NCBI GenBank assembly: GCA_965112735.1
Contig: OZ218950.1
Coordinates: 434,001-498,000, forward strand
Reading direction: 5' to 3'
Length of the DNA: 64,000 nucleotides
Origin: Phaeosaccion multiseriatum
Taxonomy: Eukaryota; Protista; Ochrophyta, other classes
The position numbers were made by a program, and so were the translations under genes. Numbering within the stretch: position 1 is the first letter of the stretch; every line of letters begins with the position of its first letter. A model generated the notes under the pieces. It was not told the origin of the DNA, made no database searches, and saw only the letters and a program-made list of their open reading frames with translations. This document shows, piece by piece, positions 23,901 to 34,793 of this stretch.

Positions 23901-26900
23901 CTCCCTGGCTGCTGCTGCTGCTGTGTTGATCTCTTCGAGGCTCTCGTCGACGTGCGCTTGCTGGAGGCGTCTAAAGGTCTCGTGTGTGGGAGGGAGGTGG
24001 CCGTCTCTGCTCTTTGTGCTGAGCCTCGCCGCGGCCTTGTGCAGGCCTCCGGGTTTGGTGAGCAGGTGGGCGCAGGTTTCTCTCCGTCGCTCCTCTGTCT
24101 GTGCCTGTGCTGGGGGTGGTGGGCGGCGTGCGTGTGCTGTGGCTATCGCTGCTTGTGCGAGTGGGGCGATGTCGAGGTCGAGGACCATCTGTATCCGCTG
24201 CTGGCGGCTGTTGGCTCCGTCTTTAGAGAAGAGCATGGCAGGGAGGAGGTGGTGGAAGACATCCCATGCCAGAAGGGTGTGGAGGGTGGCGTCGGTGGGG
24301 CCGTTCTTGTGGGCCCTCAGCGCCCTGTTCCAGTTGTTGAGCGCTCTTTGCTGTAAGCTGATAATCGAGCTGACGTGGCGGGGGTTGCACTGCGCTACTG
24401 TCTCAAACACGAGTGTTGAGAGGATGGTACCCTGCGGGTCCAGGGCCCCTAGGCGGAGGACGTTTGGGTGCTGCATGGGCCATCCTTCCTCGGGTGTATC
24501 GTCGTTGGCTGGCCCTTCTCCGTCCCCTCCGTCCCCGCCGCTACCTCCTTGGCCTCTGCTCCGTCCTCCTCCCCCTCGTCTCGCTGCTGCTGCTGTGGTT
24601 CCTTGCGTGCGTGTGCTATCTCCCCCCTGCCCTTTCTCTCTGAGGTCCCCTCTCTGCTGCTGCTCCTTGTCCGTTTCCTTCCCCCTCCCTCGTCCTCCTC
24701 TTCCTCCTTCTACTCCACTTGGCGCTGCTGCGATTGCTCCTCCTCCTCCTCCTCCTCCTCCTCCTTCCGCGTGCCCTCGCCCTCCTCCTCTGCCCGTGGG
24801 GGTGGTGGGTTGGTACGGGTTGAGCCTGGCCGTTGCTGTCGTGTGCTGGGGCGTTGCCGTACGCGACGGGTCCTCGTTTGGGTCTGGGCCTAGATAGGCG
24901 TTCTCGAGGTCGTTGAGGGGGCCTTGGTAGGCCGATGCTGCGTTGCCTTGGGTGAGGATGGTCCTGAGGGCGGGGATGGCTCGTTGAGCTTGGTAGCCAG
25001 CCATGCAGCCTTGCGCGGGGCAGGGGAGGTTGCCTGGTGGTATGACGGGCTGCTGGTTGGCTCTCCTCAGTGTGGCTTGGTCGTTCAGGTGGTGAAGGAG
25101 GCACGCGGGGTGAACGGTGTGTTGGCAGCGTCGGGTGCGTACTGGCCACTCCGTGGTTGGTGCGATGAAAGGGGGGTCCGCGTCTGACATGCATATGCAG
25201 CATATCGGGGCTGGGGGGGCGGTAGGTTGGGGTGGGGGTGTGTGTCGGGTGGTGGGGGGTGGCTGGGACTGGCGGCGTCGCCCTTGGCTGGCCTGCGCGT
25301 GCTGCTGATGCGACTCTCTGCGCTCCCTCGCTAGGCGATCCCTTGCGCGGCCCATAGCTCTCCCTCCTTGTGCTGTGATGGCCTGCTCGATCGTGTGCCG
25401 GTAGCAGGGGTTGCGGCAGTAGGGGCAGAGGTGGTCGTTGCGGTTGGGGTACCTGCTCATGACTCCCAATGCGCAGTGGTTGTGCACGTGATGTTCGCCT
25501 TCGTGCATGGCGACTTGTGCTTGGCCAGTGAGCGGTTCCATACACACCGGGCAGTTGGGTAGCTCCTCGTTGTTGGTGGGGTCGCCTCCTCCTTCTCCTT
25601 CGTCACCTCCTCCCGCTGCTTGCCCTTCCCCTCCTTCTGCCGCTGCTTCCCGTGCCAGTGCTGGGCGCTCTCCTCCGCCTCTGCTGTTTTCGCCCTCTTC
25701 CCCCCCTGCTACTACTCTTCCTTCGCGGTCTCCTCGTCCCCCTCCCCTGTGTCCCGCTCGCTCTCCTCTCCCTCCTCCCTCCTGGTCGTGCTCTCGTGTA
25801 GTGTCTGTCCCACCTGCTCTTGTCGGTGGGGGCATGCTTCGAGCTCGTTGGATGGTTGGCGGTGCTGGTAGGCTTGCGGCTTCGTGTGCTCGTATGCAGG
25901 CGTTGCATAGGGGTTGTCGTAGGCCTGATTGCGGGAAGCGGGTAAGGAAGGATCTGCCGGAGTTTCGGTGGGCCAGGTTGCCGCATCCACTTGTGCAGTC
26001 CCGGAGCTGGTACGTATTATTCTGTGGTCCGCTCTGTGGGCCGTTGGCGCGGTACCACAGGATTGACGCGGCCTGGGGGTGGTGTTCGCGCATCCATCGG
26101 TCCCACTCTCTGCCGCGGTTCGGGTGGTGGCTCGACTGGTGCCTGATGAGGCGGTCTCTTGTGTTGCCTACCGTGACGAAGGTGTCGTGGCATTCGCCAA
26201 AGTTGCAGAGGATGCCCCCTTGAATGTTTCCATTGTCGGGGTGTCTTCGGTACACTCGGGCGTTGTTGGGGTTGTCCTCCGGTGTTGGTGGGCTGGGTGT
26301 GGTTGCGTCGCTTTGGGCGGGGGGTGGTGGCGGTCCTGGTGCGGTTCCCCGGGGGGCCTGTCTCGTGCGTAGGGCGAGGGCTTGCCCCGGCGCCCACCAC
26401 GGTGTGGCCATGGTGTTGGCGAAGGGGGAGGTGGTGGTGTTGTTGGTGTGGTCGCGTAGGGCGTGGCCGTAGCGCTCAACGATGGCTTGGACGTCGGGTA
26501 ATACCGCGATGAGTTCCTCCTGTCGTGAGGCGGTGATGTAGTCGTTGACCAACTCGTTGGAGGTGATCTCTTGGCCTGCGAGCGTGTGGGCATAGGCCTC
26601 CACGATCTGTTGCCATCCAAGGGGGTAATCTCCTCCCCCCATGTGGTCTTCCGGGGGTGGTGGGGGGGCCTCCGCTCCTTAGAGCTTGTCTGAGGAGGGG
26701 CATATAGAAGTGCGAGTTGGTAGGCGGGAGCGCCGCGTCGCGCTGGTGGCGTATGGTGTTGCTCCATGTCGTTGGTGCGTGTCCATGCGTGTCTGTTTCG
26801 AGTGATGCTGTCTCTTCCTCGTGCGTCGTGGGGGGTGGTCGTACGAGGTCGGCGATGGCCTCGGCCGTGTTGTGGTGGGTCAGTTCCGTCGCGGTGAGGT

Positions 26901-27299
26901 TTAGGCTTGCGAACTCAGCGCTGATGCGTCGGCTGGCGGATGCTGGCGCTTGTTCGTTGAAGAAGAGGTTCGGGTGTTGCCGTATGGGGGTCGTGGCTGT
27001 GAGGTGGGTGTCTTCGTATTCGTCTTGGAGGATGGAGACGATTTGCTCTGTGATCCCGTGTGCGTTTCTGTGAGTTGACGCGTTGGTGGTTTGGGCTGGA
27101 TCTGAGGCTCGGAAAGTGGCGGTTGGCCTTTCCGGGCTGCGTGCTCGGGGGGTCCTGCTTCGTCCCCTTGGCCTCGTGGTTGGCTGCATGGGTGCTGGGC
27201 TGGTCGCTGTGGGGGGTGGTGCTGTTGTAGGGCCTGTTGTCTCGCTGGCGGGCGTGGTAGATCTCCTGGCGGCTGGTGCTGTTTGTTGCCGTGTCGAGC
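20909..27299 (-). mobile_element. Near full-length CRE-clade (RLE-type) non-LTR retrotransposon, copy D, 6391 bp, 8-bp TSD
   Basis: Flanked by GTGCGAGA at 20901-20908 and 27300-27307; removing the element and one octamer restores the host repeat (..RCTVEGCEKQSQQGG..). One long frameshifted ORF; no poly(A) tail. Confidence 0.95.
21232..27299 (-). CDS. Retrotransposon polyprotein: C2H2 finger, two RING-like fingers, reverse transcriptase, Cys/His knuckle, restriction-like endonuclease (frameshifted)
   Basis: RT motifs KARPV, QLAV..GGE, HDITKAY, GVNQGAPEGPLMF, SAYADDL, GLEFNERKT, VAGIPVG; RFGGLGL in an alternate frame; C-x4-C..H-x3-C; RMDL..CDITV..AEERKRTHY..IETYGRLG. RING-like CPVC..HVHNHC..CPYC and CCIC..CQHTVHPAC..CPAQGC. 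Frameshifts near 26650, 23730 and 22480-22640. The frame stays open to the 5' junction. Confidence 0.88.
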
Positions 27300-29566
27300 G
27301 TGCGAGAAGCAGTCGCAACAGGGAGGACTTTGCCTGGCCCACGGGGCTGTGACCAAGAGGTGTACTGTTGAGGGGTGCGATAAGGAGCGGAAGCAAGGTG
27401 GGATGTGCCTGAGGCATGCACGAGTGAAGAGGGAGGGAGCGGAGCAGAAGGAGGAGATTGCCCGTTGTACGCCTGTGCCCAAGCGAGGCGCTGCGACGGA
27501 CATCAATGGGATAGGAAGCAAGAGGGCGAAATGCGCCCCTTCAATGCCTGGGGGAGAGGAGGAGAGGAAGGAGGCACTGGAGGATGGGAATGGGGTGGGT
27601 TTGCTGGCGGGGCTGGGGCTTCATGTCGGGGACGAGATTCAGCTGCCCTGTGGCCTGTGGAGAGGGCTGGAAGATGGCGGGGCTGATGCTGCCACGGCCT
27701 TCTGTGGCCGTCGGGACAGGGGGCTATCGAATGGCGTGGTGGTGGCTGTTGTGGGCCGGAGTAAAGTGTTGCTGCTGCCCCACTGCGCTTTGCGCACAAA
27801 GAGGAAGGGGGCGAGCCTGGAGAGCACGATCCGAGGCTTTGTGTCTGCCTACCACCGCTATCGCTCAGGAGAAGTAGGGAAGGATGATGATGGCGACAAG
27901 CTGAAGGAGGAGTGGGCGGTGCTGGAGGAGAGCATGGTGACGGCGAATGAGAAGAAGAGGCGCGGACGGAAGGCGCTGCGAGCGTGCGTGCGTGTGGAGG
28001 GCCCTGCTGCTGATACCTCGGGACTTGAGATTTAGTGACCCGATGGCCTTCCGTCCGCCGTATCGCCTTCGCCGTGGTGAAGCTTGAGGCTTGTTTCGTA
28101 CAGTGGATGTGAAGAGTAGAGTAAGTCAATACACGTGATGGACCTTGATGAAAACAGTCGCCACCCACATCGCTTCACTGCTGTGGAAGGGGCCGAGTAA
28201 CTGTGACTTGGGGGCTTATGAACGTGCTGTGTGTGAATTTTGATGTATTTCTACGTGCAGTGGTGAGTTTCGTTACGAACAAGAGTGTAAATGAGGTGTG
28301 AGGGAGGGGCTCACTCCGAGTCAGCACCGCCCAGCACGGGCCCGGCACCAGCATCCTCCTGAGAGTGCGAGGAGCTGCTACTAATCCCTGAGTCATCCAT
28401 AGACACGCTGTTGCTCATTCGAATCCCTCGCCCGTGTGGGCGTTGCTGAGGGGGGACAGACCATGGACACAGGGGCGGGGGAGGAGGGGGAGGAGGAGGG
28501 GGAGGGAGATGGCAGCGGATGGCCCGCGGGAAGTACGTGCGGGGCCGCGCTACGCTCCTTCCTGCGAGAGGTATGTAGTCTTTCTTTAAGCCTGGGTAGA
28601 CTCATGTTAGCGCATGTTATGTATCACCAACTGCTAAGCATATACGATGTATCACCGCCTGCTTAGCGCTAAGCCGTCGGCACTTGTATGATGGAGGGAT
28701 AGCTCTATCTCTCTCTCCCTCCATGTCCTCTCTTCCACCTCGAAGTGTAAGCACTCACTCTCTCTCTCCTTCGCCCCTCCCCCCCCGCCCCCCTTTGTTT
28801 CCCCTTTGCCCCCCCCCCCCCTCCCGTCATCCCCATCCACTGCCATCCCGTCCTGCCCCAGCTGGTGGCCGGTCTGAGCAACACGTGGCCGCATGGGGAG
28901 GTAATTTGCCTGATGAAGGGACACGTGGACGACGGGAAGGCCGTTATGCACCTCCATGATCACAAGGCCGCCCTCGCCAGTGGTGGTGATACAGCAGTTG
29001 GTGATACAGCGGCAGTAGCAGCAGATGGGCAGCCGGAAGAGTACAGTAGTTGTGAGGAAGCTCTTGTTCTTGACACAAGGCAAGCGTTGTATCGTCCTCA
29101 GTCTTTGGGCCTCGTAAAGCCCCAAGAACCCGCCGGGAGTGTTTGCTCTGTGGGACTCCGAGCTGGGCTCCTCGTCCAGATCCAATAAGCTGAAACTGAA
29201 TCTAAATCGCATGATCGTGGACCCCTTCCTTCTCCCTTCCTTCTTTCTCTCCCTGCCCTCCCTAAGAAGTGTCTTCCCCTCACATCCCTCTTTTGATTAT
29301 TCTCTTTAACAACCTTCTGTCCTCTTCTTGTCCAAGACCACTTGGGCTGGACGCAAGGGGATCTATCCTCCTTTGTCTTCAGTCGATGCGCGGGCTTGGA
29401 GGCCTTCAAGTTGGCACATAAGCATTCGACTTCTCTCTCTCCTCTTGACCACGACAGACAGTGAAGGAAGGGCTGTAAGAGCCTTCTTGTCCACGGGGGA
29501 GGGCTTATATGCTTTTGAAGAAACGCGAAGGAGGTGCAAGGAGGATTGTTTGAAGGGTGCGGAGTT

Positions 29567-30937
29567 ATGAGAATGCGGAAGACGTGTACTGTTGAGGGGT
29601 GCGACAAGCAGCGGGTCCAAGGAGGACTTTGCCAGGGTCATGGAGCTGTGACCAAGAGGTGTACTGTTGAGGGGTGCGAGAAGCAGTCGAAACAGGGAGG
29701 ACTTTGCCTGGCCCACGGGGCTGTGGTGAAGGGGTGTTCTGTGGAGGGGTGCGACAAGCATCGGGTCCAAGGAGGACTTTGCCAGGGCCATGGAGCTGTG
29801 ACCAAGAGGTGTAGTGTGGAGGGGTGCGACAAGCAACCGCAGCAGGGAGGCCTTTGCCATGGCCATGGAGCTGTGGTGAAGAGGTGTACTGTTGAGGGGT
29901 GCGACAAGCAGCGAGTCCAAGGAGGACTTTGCCAGGGCCATGGAGCTGTGGTGAAGAGGTGTACTGTTGAGGGGTGCGATAAGGTACGGGTCCAAGGAGG
30001 ACTTTGCCAGGGCCATGGAGCTGTGGTGAAGAGGTGTACTGTTGAGGGGTGCGAGAAGCAGTCGCAACAGGGAGGACTTTGCAAAGGGCACGGGGCTGTG
30101 GTGAAGGGGTGTACTGTTGAGGGGTGCGATATGGTACGGGTCCAAGGAGGACTTTGCCAGGCCCATGGAGCTGTGCGGAAGAGGTGTACTGTTGAGGGGT
30201 GCGATAAGGTACGGGTCCGAGGAGGACTTTGCGTGGCTCACGGAGCGGTGGTGGTACGGAAGAGGTGTACTGTTGAGGGGTGCGAAAAACAACGGAAGCA
30301 AGGTGGGATGTGCCTGAGGCATGCACGAGTGAAGAGGGAGGGAGCGGAGCAGAAGGAGGAGATTGCCCGTTGTACGCCTGTGCCCAAGCGAGGAGCTGCG
30401 GAGGACATCAACGGGAGAGGAAGCAAGAGGGCGAAATGCGCCCCTTCAATGCCTGGGGGAGGGGAGGAGAGGAAGGAGGCACTGGAGGATGGGAATGGGG
30501 TGGGTTTGCTTGCGGGGCTGGGGCTTCATGTCGGGGACGAGATTCAACTGCCCTGTGGCCTGTGGAGAGGGCTGGAAGATGGCGGGGCTGATGCTGACAC
30601 GGCCTTCTGCGGCCGTCGGGACAGGGAGCTATCGAATGGCGTGGTGGTGGCTGTGGGCAGGAGTAAAGTGTTGGTGCTGCCCCACCTCGCTGTGCGCACA
30701 AAGAGGAAGGGGGCAAGCCTGGAGAGCACGATCCGAGGCTTTGTGTCTGCTTACCACCGCTATCGCTCAGGAGGAGCAGGGGGGGATGATGATGACGACA
30801 CGCTGAAGGAGGAATGGGCGTTGCTGGAGGAGAGCATGGTGACGGCGAATGAGAAGAAGAGGCGCGGACGGAAGGCGCTGCGAGCGTGCGTGCGTGTGGA
30901 GGGCCCTGCTGCTGATACCTCGGGACTTGAGATTTAG
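29567..30937 (+). CDS. WRKY19-like Cys/His zinc-finger repeat protein, copy 4 (10 repeats)
   Basis: ORF 29534..30937, ATGs at 29567 and 29573; ten repeat units. Confidence 0.82.
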   Translation: MRMRKTCTVEGCDKQRVQGGLCQGHGAVTKRCTVEGCEKQSKQGGLCLAHGAVVKGCSVEGCDKHRVQGGLCQGHGAVTKRCSVEGCDKQPQQGGLCHGHGAVVKRCTVEGCDKQRVQGGLCQGHGAVVKRCTVEGCDKVRVQGGLCQGHGAVVKRCTVEGCEKQSQQGGLCKGHGAVVKGCTVEGCDMVRVQGGLCQAHGAVRKRCTVEGCDKVRVRGGLCVAHGAVVVRKRCTVEGCEKQRKQGGMCLRHARVKREGAEQKEEIARCTPVPKRGAAEDINGRGSKRAKCAPSMPGGGEERKEALEDGNGVGLLAGLGLHVGDEIQLPCGLWRGLEDGGADADTAFCGRRDRELSNGVVVAVGRSKVLVLPHLAVRTKRKGASLESTIRGFVSAYHRYRSGGAGGDDDDDTLKEEWALLEESMVTANEKKRRGRKALRACVRVEGPAADTSGLEI

Positions 30938-32465
30938 TGACCCGATGGCCTTCCGTCCGCCGTATCGCCTTCGCCGTGTTGTTTCGAGTAGTGGGTGTGA
31001 AGAGTAGAGTAAGTCAATACACGTGATGGACCTTGATGAAAACAGTCGCCACCCACATCGCTTCACTGCTGTGGAAGGGGCCGAGTAACTGTGACTTGGG
31101 GGCTTATGAACGTGCTGTGTGTGAATTTTGATGTATTTCCACGTGCAGTGGTGAGTTTCTTTACAAACAAGAGTGTAAATGAGGGCTCAAGATTTCGTTC
31201 GCGCGAGGTAGGGGCTCACTCCGAGTCAGCACCGCCCAGCACGGGCCCGGCACCAGCATCCTCCTGAGAGTGCGAGGAGCTGCTACTAATCCCTGAATCA
31301 TCCATAGACCCGCTGTTGCTCATTCGAATCCCTCGCCCGTGTGGGCGTTGCTGAGGGGGGATAGACCATGGACACAGGGGCGGGGGAGGAGGGGGAGGAG
31401 GAGGGGGGGGGGGGATGGCAGCGGATGGCCCGCGGGAAGTACGTGCGGGGCCGCGCTGCGCTCCTTCCTGCGAGAGGTATGTAGTCTTTCTTTAAGCCTG
31501 GGTAGACTCATGTTAGCGCATGTTATGTATCACCAACTGCTAAGCATATACGATGTATCACCGCCTGCTTAGCGCTAAGCCGTCGGCACTTGTATGATGG
31601 AGGGATAACTCTCTCTCTCTCCCTCCATGTCCTCTCTTCCACCTCGAAGTTAAAGCACTCATCCTCTCTCTCCTTCGCCCCTCCCCCCCCGCCCCCCTTT
31701 GATTCCCCCCCCCCTCCCCCCCCCTCCATCCCCATCCACTGCCATCCCGTCCTGCCCCAGCTGGTGGCCGGTCTGAGCAACACGTGGCCGCATGGGGAGG
31801 TAATTTGCCTGATGAAGGGACACGTGGACGACGGGAAGGCCGTTATACACCTCCATGATCACAAGGCCGCCCTCGCCAGTGGTGGTGATACAGCAGTTGG
31901 TGATACAGCGGCAGTAGCAGCAGATGGGCAGCCGGAAGAGTAGTTGTGAGGAAGCTCTTGTTCTTGACACAAGGCAAGCGTTGTATCGTCCTCAGTCTTT
32001 GGGCCTCGTAAAGCCCCAAGAACCCGCCGGGAGTGTTTGCTCTGTGGGACTCCGAGCTGGGCTCCTGTCTAGATCCAATAAGCTGAAACTGAATCTAAAT
32101 CGCATGATCGTGGACCCCTTCCTTCTCCCTTCCTTCTTTCTCTCCCTGCCCTCCCTAAGAAGTGTCTTCCCCTCACATCCCTCTTTTGATTATTCTCTTT
32201 AACAACCTTCTGTCCTCTTCTTGTCCAAGACCACTTGGGCTGGACGCAAGGGGATCTATCCTCCTTTGTCTTCAGTCGATGCGCGGGCTTGGAGGCCTTC
32301 AAGTTGGCACATAAGCATTCGACTTCTCTCTCTCCTCTTGACCACGACAGACAGTGAAGGAAGGGCTGTAAGAGCCTTCTTGTCCACGGGGGAGGGCTTA
32401 TATGCTTTTGAAGAAACGCGGAGGAGGTGCAAGGAGGATTGTTTGAAGGGCGCGGAGTTGTGAGA

Positions 32466-33680
32466 ATGCGGAAGAGGTGTACTGTTGAGGGGTGCGAGAA
32501 GCAGTCGCTACAGGGAGGACTTTGCCAGGGTCATGGAGCTGTGACCAAGAGGTGTAGTGTGGAGGGGTGCGACAAGCAGCGGGTCCAAGGAGGACTTTGC
32601 CAGGGTCATGGAGCTGTCGTGAAGAGGTGCAGTGTGGAGGGGTGCGACAAGCAGCGGGTCCAAGGAGGACTTTGCCAGGGCCATGGAGCTGTGGTGAAGA
32701 GGTGTACTGTTGAGGGGTGCGACAAGCAGTCGAAACAGGGAGGACTTTGCAAAGGGCATGGGGCTGTGACCAAGAGGTGTACTGTTGAGGGGTGCGATAA
32801 GGTACGGGTCCAAGGAGGACTTTGCCAGGCCCACGGAGCGGTGGTGGTACGGAAGAGGTGTACTGTTGAGGGGTGCGAGAAGCATCGGCAGCAAGGAGGA
32901 CTTTGCCTGGCCCACGGGGCTGTGGTGAAGAGGTGTACTGTTGAGGGGTGCGAGAAGCAGTCGCAACAGGGAGGACTTTGCAAGGGCCATGGAGCTGTGG
33001 TGAAGAGGTGTACTGTTGAGGGGTGCGAGAAGCTTCGGAAGCAAGATGGGATGTGCAAGAGGCATGCACGAGTGAAGAGGGAGGGAGCTGAGCAGAAGGA
33101 GGAGATTGCCCGTTGTACGCCTGTGCCCAAGCGAGGAGCTGCGGAGGACGTCAATGGGAGAGGAAGCAAGAGGGCGAAATGCGCCCCTTCAATGCCTGGG
33201 GGAGGGGAGGAGAGGAAGGAGGCACTGGAGGATGGGAATGGGGTGGGTTTGCTTGCGGGGCTGGGGCTTCATGTCGGGGACGAGATTCAGCTGCCCTGTG
33301 ACCTGTGGAGAGGGCTGGAAGATGGCGGGGCTGATGCTGCCACGGCCTTCTGTGGCCGTCGGGACAGGGAGCTATCGAATGGCGTGGTGGTGGCTGTGGA
33401 GCGGAGTAAAGTGTTGCTGCTGCCCCACCTCGCTGTGCGCACAAAGAGGAAGGGGGCGAGCCTGGAGAGCACGATCCGAGGCTTTGTGTCTGCTTACCAC
33501 CGCTATCGCTCAGGAGGAGCAGGGGGGGATGATGATGACGACAAGCTGAAGGAGGAGTGGGCGGTGCTGGAGGAGAGCATGGTGACGGCGAGTGAGAATA
33601 AGATACGCGGACGGAAGGCGCTGCGAGCGTGCGTGCGTGTGGAGGGCCCTGCTGCTGATACCTCGGGACTTGGGATTTAG
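32466..33680 (+). CDS. WRKY19-like Cys/His zinc-finger repeat protein, copy 5 (8 repeats)
   Basis: ORF 32427..33680, first ATG at 32466; eight repeat units. Confidence 0.82.
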   Translation: MRKRCTVEGCEKQSLQGGLCQGHGAVTKRCSVEGCDKQRVQGGLCQGHGAVVKRCSVEGCDKQRVQGGLCQGHGAVVKRCTVEGCDKQSKQGGLCKGHGAVTKRCTVEGCDKVRVQGGLCQAHGAVVVRKRCTVEGCEKHRQQGGLCLAHGAVVKRCTVEGCEKQSQQGGLCKGHGAVVKRCTVEGCEKLRKQDGMCKRHARVKREGAEQKEEIARCTPVPKRGAAEDVNGRGSKRAKCAPSMPGGGEERKEALEDGNGVGLLAGLGLHVGDEIQLPCDLWRGLEDGGADAATAFCGRRDRELSNGVVVAVERSKVLLLPHLAVRTKRKGASLESTIRGFVSAYHRYRSGGAGGDDDDDKLKEEWAVLEESMVTASENKIRGRKALRACVRVEGPAADTSGLGI

Positions 33681-34793
33681 TGACCCGATGGCCTTCCGTC
33701 CGCCGTATCGCCTTGGCCGTGGTGAAGCTTGAGGCTTCGTGTGTGCAATGGGTGTGAAATTAAAAGTCGAATAAGTATGTAAGAGTGATGGAAGTACTTC
33801 CACTGGCCAGTGGGCCAGGTGCTTATTAATTCCACACTCGCCACTGCTCCATTGCTCCGGAGAGGGCCGAATACATGTGACGTGGCGGCTTATGCACGTG
33901 TTGACCACAAACAGAACAGAACGATCTTCAGAACACGCTTCACTCTTGAGGTAGCGTAGCTCGCTCATGCCTCAGTTGCCACACGTGCAATGAATAGTCG
34001 ACATGGTCCGCTTCTTAAGGCTCTAGCTTAGCCATCGGTCACTCCAGCGCTGCGTGAGGCCATAGAGAGCTGCCCGTGTGGCGTGCACATTGCCGCCGTA
34101 CCGAGAGGCAGTCCTGCTTAGTCCTGCTTAGTCCTGCTTAGGCTGCCTCTCAGTAGTGAGAGGCAATCCTGTCTATAGTGAGCAGCCCTGTCCTCCTCCC
34201 CCTCTGCTTGTCTCGAGTCCTGTCCATAGTGAGCAAATCCTGTCCTCCCTCCCCGCGGGTGTCCGAGACCAGCAGGGAGGCTGCCGAAGGTCGAATAAGA
34301 TGCCGTGCCCCGTCACGAGGAGAAGAGACGTCCAGTTCTGTCCAGCTCTATCCAGCTCCCTCTCCCTCTCCCTCTTAGTCGGGTCAGGAGGACCTTCACC
34401 CACGCCTCTTGTTGCATGGAGGGGTCAGGCCGATTGAAGCCGTCGAGTCCGAGGGGCGCGTGCGGACGGCTTAATTCGATTAGCCTGGACTGGAACATAT
34501 CGTACATGAGGATGCCCGTCCCATCCCATCCCCTCTCTGGCCCTGAACACAGATGGCGACAGGGCATCCGACACAGGGCATGTAAGCTGTATCACCAACC
34601 GCTTTATGGTGTATGGTGTATGCTGCTTCGTCTTGGTCCTGCGGCTCCACAAGCTCGCCCACTGGACAAACAGCGCCTGACGAACAACAGTGATGTGAAA
34701 CTACGATACACAACTCACTCTCGCATCTCCCCGAGTTACCGAGGGAGTCAGGTAGTCAGGTATGTAGGCACACAACCCAGTACTATACTAGCA

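Larger units (their letters stand above)
19557..28035 (+). pseudogene. WRKY19-like zinc-finger gene copy 3, disrupted by retrotransposon insertions
   Basis: Remnants at 19557-19642, ~20743-20908 and 27300-28035 (intact C-terminus and stop); 5' end not found. Confidence 0.88.
27300..33720. repeat. Tandem array (~2.9-kb unit) of zinc-finger gene copies 3-5 with a shared spacer
   Basis: Spacer 28036..29566 is near-identical to 30938..32460. Confidence 0.92.

Noticed and set aside
23709-26642. Treating the 977-aa ORF as a separate ORF1/gag or a host gene
   Set aside because: It lies inside the TSD-bounded element and its end (KGQGADG..H) is the pre-RT motif; better read as one frameshifted ORF.
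29575-30300. 75-bp repeats as a CRISPR array
   Set aside because: Contiguous in-frame coding units with no unique spacers, no cas genes, and a eukaryotic context.
34111-34140. (GTCCTGCTTA)x3 and nearby short direct repeats as an element end
   Set aside because: No partner terminus or TSD identified.
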